Assembly (NCBI GenBank): GCA_965235115.1
Contig: OZ249441.1
Span: 16,244,001-16,308,000, forward strand
DNA: 64,000 bases
Origin: Laetmonice hystrix
Taxonomy: Eukaryota
Direction of reading: 5' to 3'
Shown here piece by piece: positions 1 through 11,930 of the stretch. Made by a program: the position numbers and the translations under genes. Numbering within the stretch: position 1 is the first letter of the stretch; each line of letters starts with the position of its first letter. The notes under the pieces are model-generated. The model did no database searches. It was not told the origin of the DNA and saw only the letters and a program-made list of their open reading frames with translations.

Positions 1-449
1 CAGAATTGTCTGTGGAGAACATATTGCTACCTTTTTATAAATCACCAGAGAAAATGAACAGTTGCAGTGCACATTCACACCTCCTTGCTCTACATCTATG
101 CACCGATATTGTCAATTTCCGCTATAGTAATAGACCTACTAACCAGACGCTCAGCGTCTCAATGTAGACCTACTACGCTCAGCGTCTCAATGTCGACGTA
201 ACCACTCGCTCAGTATGGCGGGTACTTGAGCCTGGCCATACGAAATTGCCACGAGATGTGGTGAACGTTGACACCAACTCTATTTTGTCACTACAAGCAA
301 TTTACGCCCCTTACAAGAAGACTAAGATCATTTTGGTAAATGACAGTTATATAGTCCTCTCGACATCTCGCCATATTAATGACATGGAAAAAAATATATA
401 AGATATATACCGGTAAGTAATATAGAGGGCTGTCTGTGGTTAAATAAGA

Positions 450-1650
450 TAGGATCAGCTGAAACCATTACTCTGATCTTGGTTACCGTAGGTAGACGCT
501 ATCTCCAGGATCGTGTCGATCTTTGCCACCACATCCTGAAGCACAACGTCATGTTCATAGATTTCTCTAATGTAAACTCTCTGACGGAGGATCCACTGAT
601 CGATGCTGAGGTTGTCCGACATTTAAACCTTGGTTGTGGTGTCTGATAATTGCTCTGAATTCCTTTTCGAAATCTCTACTAGCAAGAGGCCCGGGATGAA
701 ATACATTCCGACGTCTGGACTAGCTTGGGGCGTTCCAATGCAGTTATATAGATGCCCACCCTTTTCTAAGAGGCTCAATATCTGCATGTTGATTGTGAAA
801 AAAAACCTTTGTATAACGAAAATTACTATCAGAGCTATTATTGATTAGAACCACATGGGAAAAAAGTCTTCATTGAACGCGAGATAAAGGGTGGGCGGGA
901 AGTTGGGCCGTTGTCATTGAGTACAAAGCTTGGCAAGATGCCGCGTGGCTGCCACCAATGTGTACTTAGTAGGCCCAAGGTGAATGTGTAAACTGCCTTT
1001 ACTACAGCTTGTAATGGGAGAAGGAGCGGCTCATAGTCTTTCATCAATCTGGGTTAATGTAAACTATAGACGTTGGAAACAACTCCTTCATCTTTCAACA
1101 TGTACATTAGAAAATGAACAAAATATATTACATACCCCCACGTCGGCTAATTTTCGCTCTACATATATTGATAGCTATGATATCTCAACATGGTATTCTG
1201 CTTGAGCATGGAGCCTAATACCTTGTGCACCTCTGTGGACCATACGGATTATCTGCCTAGGCTGGAAGCTATACGGCATCCAATTATTGATCCTCTAAGA
1301 TGAATGAAGGCAGTATTAGATTACCGGGAAAACAGGTTTATAACACGGATGAGCAGATGGTTGGACACTGGGGCGTTGTCTCGGACACTCTAACACTGGG
1401 GCGTTGTCTCGGACACTCTAACCAACAGCGCTGCACCCAAAGTCGCATCGGATATTTGCAATCTGCACATGTTCGCAAAAAGCGACTCGGCCATCTGAAC
1501 AACATATACATCATTGTGAAATGCCAACGTATTCTGAATTTCTCTCATTTCTATAAGTAGATATCTTCACATTGAGCGGCGTGTGTTTGAGGGTGATGAT
1601 TTGGTTCGGTGCGCCAGGAGGCTCCGTGATTCTCTCACCCAAGTGGACGG
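450..1650 (-). mobile_element. Highly decayed Ty3/Gypsy pol remnant (RNase H end and integrase)
   Basis: Frameshifted fragments RQIIRMVHRGAQGI (integrase His-His zinc-finger-like, about 1210-1260) and FVLNDNGP (SDNGP-like, about 900-925), plus a TEPP...ITLKHTPLNVKISTY segment resembling the RNase H C-terminus. Many stops. Confidence 0.35.
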
Positions 1651-1660
1651 TCCATGCCGG

Positions 1661-1739
1661 CCAGCGCCACATATAGTACCAGCGCCACATATAGTACCAG
1701 CGCCACATATACTGGGTACCAGCGCCACATACCGGGTAC
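1661..1739. repeat. Short 18-bp tandem repeat (ccagcgccacatatagta), about 4 copies
   Basis: Directly visible, with the last copies degenerate. Confidence 0.85.
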
Positions 1740-4007
1740 ATGGCGTTGGGCACGGCCTCTGTGAGCATCCCAGGCCCGGTAGTGTGCCAGCCAGATTGAG
1801 CAAGCTGAGCTGCATGTTTACCATGCAGAATTCAATCCCGCTGACTGTTTGTGGCCAGATGTGCTCATCTGACTGGAGTGATTTAAGCTTGCCAGACAGA
1901 TTCGTTCAGCCTAAATCAGTAAAGGGCCGTTTTGGTTATCCAAACAACCCTGACAGTGCCCAACAGCAGGCGAGCGGCTTAACCTCAAATTCTGCCTTTC
2001 TGACTAACCTACTTTTTGCTAACCTTTCAACAACCCTTCTAAGCTGAGATCAAGCGGGGTAGAAGAAATGAATTTTGCCCTGACAGTGACAAATACTGGT
2101 AGCTGGGCTATGGAATAAACTGCACAGCTGACACAGCTACCGTGGCAAGGTAGACGATCTGGCGTACGTTTGCAATATCTCGACAAGAAGACAACTGACA
2201 ATTTTAGATATATCTAACCCTTTACCTTACTTTATACCGGGTCGTGGATTTAGGTTAAAGCAAAGGTACATGTTATAACTCGATTACACATTGAAAGTAA
2301 CCCTAAAGTAACAAGTCACCTCGTACACTGACAATGGGGCTAATCTACATTATAATGCAGGTAAAACATTCCAAGAACTGATGTCCGATTCTTGGAAAAC
2401 TGGCCAAACAAAGACGGCCAGGCCAGGGATGTATGCCCCTGAAGCCCATCTGACAAAGAATGATACACTGATCATTCTGCTGATGTCCTGATACAGCTCC
2501 TGATACCATAGCGGGGTGACTGATACCTAGCCAGGGTCTCAGATACCATCACACACCGAGGCCTTGTCCTTCCTTCATTGATCGCCAGTTTTTTCTCCGC
2601 CGGGTGAACGATGCACATCCTTGCCGAGATCGACTTTCTGGGAATGTAGACGGGTCCCTGCCAGGGATTCAATGTCAGAACAGCTGACTATATCCTCCAC
2701 ATTGTTACAACTGATCAGCGGGTAAAACTTCAATATAGCAGTATACACGCTACATCAGGAATGTGACCTATAGAAAGACATCACAGCAAACGTTTTCAAC
2801 ATTCTTTTCACCCTCCTTCACCCTCTAATTTCTTCAAAATGCACTGAGGTCCGATTGTACCAAAGTCTGAATATTGCCGAGTAAACCTGTCAAGGTGCTG
2901 AACCCTGGGACCACTGGTCAATGATGTCCTATGTCTTTCTAAAGACCGTACCCACCCAGCCAGCCCTGACGCTGAATCCCATCCCATCGGACCGAGGCTC
3001 TTCCTAGCACTGATCCTCTGCTTAGGTTTCTTTTATCTTCTCCTATGGCAATAGACAGGACACACGTGGCTGGCCAGCATCACCAGCATCAAACACCATT
3101 CTTACTATGCTACCTCGGCTTTGTGCAGCCTTATTTGCGATTAAGGAAATTGATTAACAGCGCCTCAGTGCCAGCCTTCCTACTGGCACCGAAAGCGGAG
3201 CGGCCATTTTGCCGATTTGCCTTTTGCCAATTTCCTGCTAGTCTTGCGGGCAGCAGACAGTGGCCACGAGAATGAGCTGGACGGCTCGTTGTGGGATCTG
3301 CGAGTGAGGCGGTCCAGTGCCCACCGTCCAAACCTCGGTCCATCTCGTATACGGTCCACACCTCCACAGCCCATCATCAGCCGGTCCAACGTCACATGTA
3401 CTGGGCCCATTCCAAGATGTATACCAAACCGGCTGGTGACCCTGTATGATCTGCTATCTCTCATCACTATTTGATCGTTGATGCAGTGCCGGGTCTACAT
3501 GTTGAAGATTAACACAAGACATAATCCAATATGGTGCTAGGACACACCGGACATTCACCCCTTGCACATTCCCCCTCCTACCCCACTCACCAGATACGGA
3601 AGCCATTGTGGGGGGGGGGGGATAATTATGGCATATATGTGCAAGCCCTTATGTATTATGAGTCAGCTCAGCCAAACGACTCTCCACGCAAGTGGCCGGG
3701 GGAATAAATATTGAATGTTCAATGGGTGAATGTCCTAAAACCATCAAATACATTGTACATATTGCCAAATTCGACAACTCTTTGGAGGGAAAAACTACCA
3801 TTGCATACCGCCGGTCCGTGAAATGTTTGACAAAAGTCCTGGGGAATGCCAACGACCTAAGCGTCGTAGTTCAGCACATATAAGTGACGTTGGCGACTGG
3901 AGACACTGTCCTGCAACCATTATAGAACAACCCTGAAAATATGTGAGAAAATATGGCTAATGACGATACTTCCATATCGGTATCCCTCTCTCTAGCCGTC
4001 TGTGAAT

Positions 4008-4474
4008 ATACGTATACACACCGACACTCACACATGTCAAATACGTATACACACCGACACTCACACATGTCAAATACGTATACACACCGACACTCACACA
4101 TGTCAAATACGTATACACACCGACACTCACACATGTCAAATACGTATACACACCGACACTCACACATGTCAAATACGTATACACACCGACACTCACACAT
4201 GTCAAATACGTATACACACCGACACTCACACATGTCAAATACGTATACACACCGACACTCACACATGTCAAATACGTATACACACCGACACTCACACATG
4301 TCAAATACGTATACACACCGACACTCACACATGTCAAATACGTATACACACCGACACTCACACATGTCAAATACGTATACACACCGACACTCACACATGT
4401 CAAATACGTATACACACCGACACTCACACATGTCAAATACGTATACACACCGACACTCACACATGTCAAATACG
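4008..4474. repeat. Minisatellite, 33-bp unit, about 14 copies with no variants seen
   Basis: Unit aaatacgtatacacaccgacactcacacatgtc. It produces the 11-aa periodic ORFs in the track. Confidence 0.98.
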
Positions 4475-4579
4475 AGTAAGCGCAAAGATGGAACATCTGA
4501 GCAAAGGTCACCAGTAAAATTATTCCTGTTTCGTTTTCTTGTAATCTATACAAACGGTTCAACGGCAAAAACAGATAGG

Positions 4580-4848
4580 CAAATACACCAGCACTGGCGT
4601 GCTTTCCTGACTACCGGTATATACAAATACACCAGCACTGGCGTGCTTTCCTGACTACCGGTATATACAAATACACCAGCACTGGCGTGCTTTCCTGACT
4701 ACCGGTATATACAAATACACCAGCACTGGCGTGCTTTCCTGACTACCGGTATATACAAATACACCAGCACTGGCGTGCTTTCCTGACTACCGGTATATAT
4801 AAATACACCAGCACTGGCGTGCTTTCCTGACTACCGGTATATACAAAT
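4580..4848. repeat. Minisatellite, 44-bp unit, about 6 copies
   Basis: Unit caaatacaccagcactggcgtgctttcctgactaccggtatata starting at 4580, 4624 and onward. Confidence 0.97.
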
Positions 4849-6749
4849 GGTTCAACTCCATCAAACACCACTACTGACTGCTCACCAGCGTGTGTTTTTT
4901 TCTCCAACACCCCATTATACTTTATCTTTATTTTACATTATTCAATTATTACTGGTGGTAGGAGACGGGTAAACGTTGAACATCATAGCAGGCTTTCTCT
5001 GGCATTGGTATGTCGAGCCGAGCCGGTTTCAGTTGACCTCTCTAAAACTACCCCCCAAAGATTACGACGTCTTGGGCCGGCGATACGGTTGTACCGTATC
5101 GCCGGCCAATGGTGGACGTTATAAAGCCTCCATGATGGCGCCATAAAATAGCTCATAATGTTCCTTTGGCGTTCCATGCTGTACCTGTCTCTTGTAACAT
5201 CCTTAGACAGTTGGTTTTGCTTGGAATAATTCTTCTGACAACAACCCCTCCCTCCAAGCATCTGACAAATTAAACATCTTATGGAATAGACAGCAATGTG
5301 ATTATTCTTTGGATAGGAAAATAACGGGATGCTGCAAGAATGAGTAATAAATGTTAATTATTCTATTCTAATGCAAACACGACGTCCCGAAGGACGGCAA
5401 AAGACACAAGAAAAAATGTAATATCTGGGAAAAATAGTGCCGTCCAACTAACTAAATACAGCGATATATGACGCAGTTTCGAAGTCATCAAATCTGTAGC
5501 GTTACACACTTTAAGCCGAGTTTAGCGCTGGATAATAAACACCTAAAATACATTATGAACATCGCAAATAAGGATAAACAGCTTAGCCATGTAGTCTACA
5601 TTCGATACACTATACTTGCACCGCACTATGCCTTTACATGCATGGGACAGCCGTGGCCTCTCCCGTAATGACATTTCAGCACTCATAAATCAGAACAGGG
5701 CATAAGCACAGACATAAAGTGACTGCAACCAGAACCATAAACAGTCAGGCACGGCCACAAGGTCGGCCCTTTCCACAAACAATGTCTCCAGCGTACAATG
5801 GTTTGGAACGACATCTCCAGATTCTTTACGCTGACCTTCCCTGAGCACTCAGAGATTTCTTATTTGCGTAACTGTCGCTTCTTCATTTTAAATACCCTCT
5901 AGTAATTATCTTAGTCAGAGAAAAACAAAACGAAGACAACTAGGTCAAGCGTTTGGTATGGCATCGCGTTGAGGACACTGAAAGCGTGGCTTACGGATGA
6001 GGAGCCAGTTTTATAAAGTTGAGATCACCTCTTGAGGGAAGTCTGGGTCATTTGTAGTGTTGTCTAGCCATTGTGTAAGGTGTGGTAGAAACAATATCAT
6101 GCTATATAGATGTGGTAATTAGTTGCTCATAGGACCAAACCCTGACACACCCATAAAATACCGTCAGCCAATCACAATTAAGCAGCCCCAAACACATGCG
6201 CTGAAGCCATTAATAACCATTGGCTCGTGAGTAATGTGCAGAAGAAAATGGCCGCTGGCCAGCGCCGCGTACATTGGTCATATCATAATTAGGCAAATGC
6301 AATCAAGAGTCACACCAAGAGGGCACTAAATGATGGAATTTTTCATGAAAATGGCCACTCCACATCATCACACATTCTCCTGGGATTATTTTTCTACAAG
6401 AATTTTTGACGCAGTTTTTTGTTCATATATCGTAATTTATAACTTATCCACCGTAACAGTTATCACTGTCAACAACAAAAATTTAATATCTCTCCTGATG
6501 AAGTCTCCCGTCCAAAGGCAAAACCTAGTACCTCACTTTTTCATCAAAATTGAGCTGGTACTATTTTTGGAGTTACTAGGTTATATGCTTCATGTTAATG
6601 TACAAGTTATTGCAATTTGTTCACTAAGTAAGCTGTTACGCGCATGGCAGAAGCTAACTACCACAGAACCTCGTGGATACCACAGTAAAACCTAGAATCT
6701 CAATATCGAATCTCCATGGATGGACAGGGCTTTAATATAATAAAATTAC

Positions 6750-8150
6750 GTTTTCTTTTGTTTTCTCGAAATTAGTTAAAAGTGAGTTACTAGGTTCTGC
6801 CTTTGGATGGGAGCAGATGAAGCGAACAATTCAAGGTCAACTATCAAACCATCACAGTACTCTTTCTTTCTTCATCAGGCCTTTCTGTGTAGGCCTCCTA
6901 CAATTAATGCTGATGTTTTCTTGTGATCCCAAATATAACTTTATATAGACCTGACGATGGTCTGTTCTATACTGACGGGTACACGCACGTTCTCTACATG
7001 ATCTATGATTCTAGTTTTATAATGTCGGTTTGAGAAACGCTAGAGGTCCGAGTTCAGTTATCTATTATTCTATAAGTGCAACTTCTCACCAGTCCGTCTG
7101 ATCGGAATATTTACAGGCCTGGACAGGGACGTAATGCCACATTCTGTCACCGATCATCTCAATTGGAAAACAAGGTGGATACAATACTCTACACAGGGCG
7201 TCTAATCTGATGTATATTCCTGAACAATTTCAAAGCACAAAAGAAAGAAAAATCTCAAATCGGAGCAGTTTGTTAACATAAATTTAAGTATCACATTTAT
7301 CTAGAAGATCCATGTCTCAAGAGCGAAACTATAAACAAGATGAGTTTATCCGGGAACAACAAGTTTCTGAAATTAACCTTTCCCATAATCCCAAAGAATA
7401 TTTCTAAAAAGATTCTCCCAACAACTCAAAACCCGTATTTCGTGCCTGAAAGCAACGAAATAATTTCGAGAAAATATCAGTTAGTAATTAGTCTACAGCC
7501 AATTAATTCTTTTCAGGGACGCTTGAAAGGACCACGTGGTTATTGTAATGGCTATTTTTACTTTGTCGACTGCCTACAGTTAATAACATTTCTCCTTCGG
7601 CTAGTATATATACAACACCGCCTACTAAACCCTCACGTCCCACGTTTCCCCTTCTACGTAGAGACGGGCCACGCCAATCTCTAAATTTCACCTGTCCCTT
7701 TAAGCCTTTAACCTTTAAGAAAAAGTGAAGCAGTTCTGACATATGTAGCAATAGAGAAATATATTTTCTCTACTTTAAACATAAGAAGTCTTTAAAACGG
7801 CACCTGAGAGGGTTGACCTTTCGTGGCTACCACAACAACCGTTAAGAGTATATCTCTTCCCTCAACCTTCTCTCCTTTAAGCCATACCAATGAGCAAACT
7901 TGGCCTAACTAGTAAAACTAGTTTCTCATCTTCTAAATCTAAATTAGGTCTATTGTGATCCTTGTAATTTAATCCTGGTAACAGCAGACATCAAGCGCTG
8001 ATTTTAATTGTATTATTTCTAATATTTTCACGAAAGTCTCAGTGTAATTGCGTGTTATGAAGAGGTGGACCCCTCCCTCAGAAATACCCCCAAGACAATA
8101 ATTATCAGGACATCTTATAAGCTGCGTGACTAATATAGGTGGCCGTAAAA
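6750..8150 (-). mobile_element. Decayed L1/Tx1-like non-LTR retrotransposon RT and C-terminal remnant
   Basis: Fragments RENIRNNTIKI (compare IRxNxxIKGI) and LFRNILWDYGKG..KLVV...LVYSFALETWI (compare FLWxGK...LKxSWI). Interrupted by many stops. Confidence 0.35.
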
Positions 8151-8205
8151 GATGGGACGTTTAGTCTGGACTGACTCGCCGCCGTTCTCTTAAGTGTACC
8201 CGTCT

Positions 8206-8987
8206 CAGCCGGTCCGAGGTTGGTTGCTCCCTATGTAAGGCTATGGTAGCACCTTTACCCCCCCCCCCAGCCGGTCCGAGGTTGGTTGCTCCCTATGTAA
8301 GGCTATGGTAGCACCTTTATCCCCCCCCCAGCCGATCCGAGGTTGGTTGCTCCCTATGTAAGGCTATGGTAGCACCTTTATCCCCCAGCCGGTCCGAGGT
8401 TGGTTGCTCCCTATGTAAGGCTATGGTAGCACCTTTATCCCCCCCAGCCGGTCCGAGGTTGGTTGCTCCCTATGTAAGGCTATGGTAGCACCTTTATCCC
8501 CCAGCCGGTCCGAGGTTGGTTGCTCCCTATGTAAGGCTATGGTAGCACCTTTACCCCCCCCCCCCCCCAGCCGGTCCGAGGTTGGTTGCTCCCTATGCAA
8601 GGCTATGGTAGCACCTTTATCCCCCAGCCGGTCCGAGGTTGGTTGCTCCCTATGTAAGGCTATGGTAGCACCTTTATCCCCCAGCCGGTCCGAGGTTGAT
8701 TGCTCCCTATGTAAGGCTATGGTAGCGCCTTTACCCCCCCCCCCCCAGAGCCGGTCCGAGGTTGGTTGCTCCCTATGTAAGGCTATGGTAGCGCCTTTAC
8801 CCCCCCCCCCCCCCCAGCCGGTCCGAGGTTGGTTGCTCCCTATGTAAGGCTATGGTAGCACCTTTATCCCCCAGCCGGTCCGAGGTTGGTTGCTCCCGAT
8901 GTAAGGCTATGGTAGCACCTTATCCCCCAGCCGGTCCGAGGTTAGTTGCTCCCTATGTAAGGCTATGGTAGCACCTTTATCCCCCAG
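8206..8987. repeat. Minisatellite, about 57-68-bp unit with a variable poly-C tract, about 13 copies
   Basis: Unit cagccggtccgaggttggttgctccctatgtaaggctatggtagcaccttta(t/c)(c)n. Confidence 0.97.
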
Positions 8988-9049
8988 GGCTCTGGCGCTA
9001 ATGGCATGAGGAGGAGGAGACCCTCCCTTGGGCACTTCAAAGATTCTCA

Positions 9050-10060
9050 GCACCGCTGGTTACTGTAGCGCAAGTCCGACCCCTTTTCCTATGAGGTTTC
9101 TGTTTGTCTGTGGGATACGTCTTTTACGGGTGAGAACAACACCTTATCACAGGTAGTGACAGGAAACAGATCAGACACCAAGGCCCCCAGACATCCAGTA
9201 GGCACATGACTCTTTCCCACTGCTGTAAACTCTACACGTATTCTTATTCCAATCTACAGTCTGCCTTTTGGCTTCCTCTGACACTTTTCTATGACCTTAG
9301 TATCTGTGCGCCGTTGCCAAGAGCCGTTCCCATCTCTGTTGGCGGTGGTGCGTGGTGTTCTATTCCATCTAATCTATCCCCGGCCAGACACCTGACAGAC
9401 TCTTGTTCCAGGTCTCCTGTCAACGTCACATCTCTATTCTATTTCACGAATACAACTAACGGCGTCAATTTCTATCCCCAGTATCTCCCCTCCCTCTCTC
9501 CCCTATCTGGAAACTATAGTATACACCCGTATCGACAGCTATCGACAGATGAGACCAGCAGATGGAGCCACCTGCCGTGAATTAGCTGCGGATTCTGATT
9601 TTCAACCAACGGGCTCACAACAAAGACGTGTATGATTGGGTCAGAGAAAACAATTTCCGATTGGGGGAAAGGTTGTTTGTGTTTAGCACACATACATCGG
9701 CATTTCCGTTTAAACTGTGACAGCACCAAGAATATTAGGACCCATCCCAATATTCTTGACAGCAAACGGGCAATAACCTAAAGACAAATCTGATGTGGAA
9801 ATGGAGCCCGGTACATTAAAAACAGATTTCCAATACGGACATGAACCAGAGTCAGCGACATGTGCTTAATGTCCATATTTCAAAACTTAAAATATTGCGT
9901 TCATGATGAAATCATCAATGTTGATCTATCGCTCTGGACGAATAATTTGAATGGGCATTGTTTGGCGTACAGACTGGCTGACTCGGTGAAAACAATGCAT
10001 CTTGGGCAGGATAATCTAAAACCTTGCATTACACTGCACCACCGCAAAGATGAGCCAAAC
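9050..10060 (-). mobile_element. Decayed DIRS/Ngaro-like (tyrosine-recombinase retrotransposon) reverse transcriptase remnant
   Basis: HIRFVFRLLPV (about 9745-9800; compare DIKSAFRLLPV) and GEILGIEIDAV (about 9455-9490; compare FLGIEIDS), in the expected order for DIRS-type RT. Multiple stops and frameshifts. Confidence 0.55.
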
Positions 10061-10078
10061 TTGTAGACGGTCTCTCAG

Positions 10079-10426
10079 TTAAAGGTGCTATTCGTCTCGC
10101 TCAGAATGGCATTTCTCCTATCATACATTGTGCACATAGTACTAGAAAAAATTCCTCCCGATACCATTGGCCTGATAAACCTTCTATTAGTTTGTGTGCA
10201 GCATTTGAAACCTATCTCGGTGCGCACCGAGATAGAGCCATTTCCTATGGTGGGGCGTGTCAGGGTCTCCACAGGCCTTCTGAGAGAGCCCCATTTGTGC
10301 CGTTATCCATGAAAAAAATTGATTTCCTTTGTTGTGAATCTATTTCCATGATAGGTGGGATCACATAAACGTCAACAAAATAAAAAATAAAAAAATTGAA
10401 CTTTTTTCCACGAATAGCACCTTTAA
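10079..10426. mobile_element. Non-autonomous DNA transposon (MITE) with TTAA target site, Kolobok-like
   Basis: Left end TTAA-aggtgctattcg and right end cgaatagcacct-TTAA form a perfect 12-bp TIR inside TTAA at both ends. No internal ORF. Confidence 0.8.
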
Positions 10427-11549
10427 GATTTTTGACTAAAACATTCAGTGTTCGGTTCACTATTAGACTCTATAAGTGAATGCGTAACCTGCCTGCACTA
10501 CAAGAATTACGTTTGAAGTGTAAGACTACGCATAGATACGAGTGCATGTATAGAATATGACAGTTACAAGCTATCATGATCCATCATTTTGAAGGTAACG
10601 TAATCTGCGAGGAACTCATTTCATGTAAAGCCTGGGTGAATAGGAACTATGACGGACCGTACATCGCGTCGTGCTGTAGGATATGGAGACCAAGTCACCG
10701 ACTGGCATTGCATGATGTAAGTAATGTGGACAAGAAGGACAGCGATCATGGCACGCCCAATGGCATTTGCTTGCATGGGGAACTACCGCCGACAGCCAAA
10801 AGCAATGATGAATGCCCTTGCTGGATCATCCAAAAGGCACAAATGGTTGCGCTAAGCCAGACGACTACCAGGAACGGCGGCGAACAGAGCACAACTTGAG
10901 CACTCCAGACATTGAGGAAGTCCTTGGGCGATCTCATGCTGCCTCCGTGAGCCGGTAGACAACTATGATAGATTTGGTATCGCAACTGTGTTGTTGGCCC
11001 AATCCGGCGCGCGGGCCTGGCCCTGGTCGCCTTTACAACATAAAGCGTTCAGTGCGGCCACACTTTGTGGCCGTCTGTGCTGCCCTCTGACGGTGGGCGG
11101 GCGGCCCGTTGTGACATGGCCGCCAGCCGCCACGACTTGCCACCCTCCATGACAAATACGTCTTAATCATGGCCAATCTCATGATGGCCGCCAACAGGAC
11201 CACTTGGGGCTGCCCCACTACTGCCACTCTGAAGAATGACCCGGAAAATCGCACAGTATAATATATATAAATATTCCATGGGACCGTCTCTCGTTTTCAT
11301 ATCTTCAGTAAACATAAAAGTAACACACAAAAATAAAGAAAAACGTTATTAAATTTACTCAAGTCAGATTCCGATTTGCCAAAAAAGTTGTTTAATCTTG
11401 TTTAAATAACCGTTTTATAAAACCATACAGTGGAAATATATGCGATATAGCAAGACTTGAAATAAAAGTTATATATGAGGAAGCCATGATTTGGCGCTCT
11501 AGCTGCACTGATCACCGCTGATACAATCCTGGTCGTGTAAAATATCTAG

Positions 11550-11930
11550 AATTACGATCTTTTCCTAGCTGTATCATCCTCCGGTTGATATGATACTACA
11601 GTGGAGAGGCACCTGAACCCCGATCGGACCCACCAGTATCAACTGACGGGAGGTATATGTGGTGGTCTATCTCTCGGTCGTACTGGAGGAGGCCTTGGTG
11701 TTCCTTAATGAAATCCCTGTAAACCATATGTAGCGACGTTACACACATCAAAGAACTGCCTTCTGATTGGATCTGGGGAGAGGTTGTAGGGTCAATGTCT
11801 GTCTTGGAGCGCCAATTCACTAACGCTCTAAGCTGGGCTCCCCTACCCTCAACCAAACATTTTGGGCTACATTTCTCCTCTCGCTTTCCCGTAATCCTCA
11901 GTTCATGAGGTGACAACACCTATACATCTA
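11550..11930 (-). mobile_element. Decayed Ty3/Gypsy pol fragment (protease-RT linker)
   Basis: YRDFIKEHQGLLQYDREIDHHIYLPSVD resembles the Ty3/Gypsy F.DVF...LP.LPP.REI.H.I.L motif. Confidence 0.4.

Noticed and set aside
3871-4654. His-rich (NTYTHRHSHMS) and Cys-rich periodic ORFs
   Set aside because: These are translations of the 33-bp array, open on both strands with no codon-level constraint.
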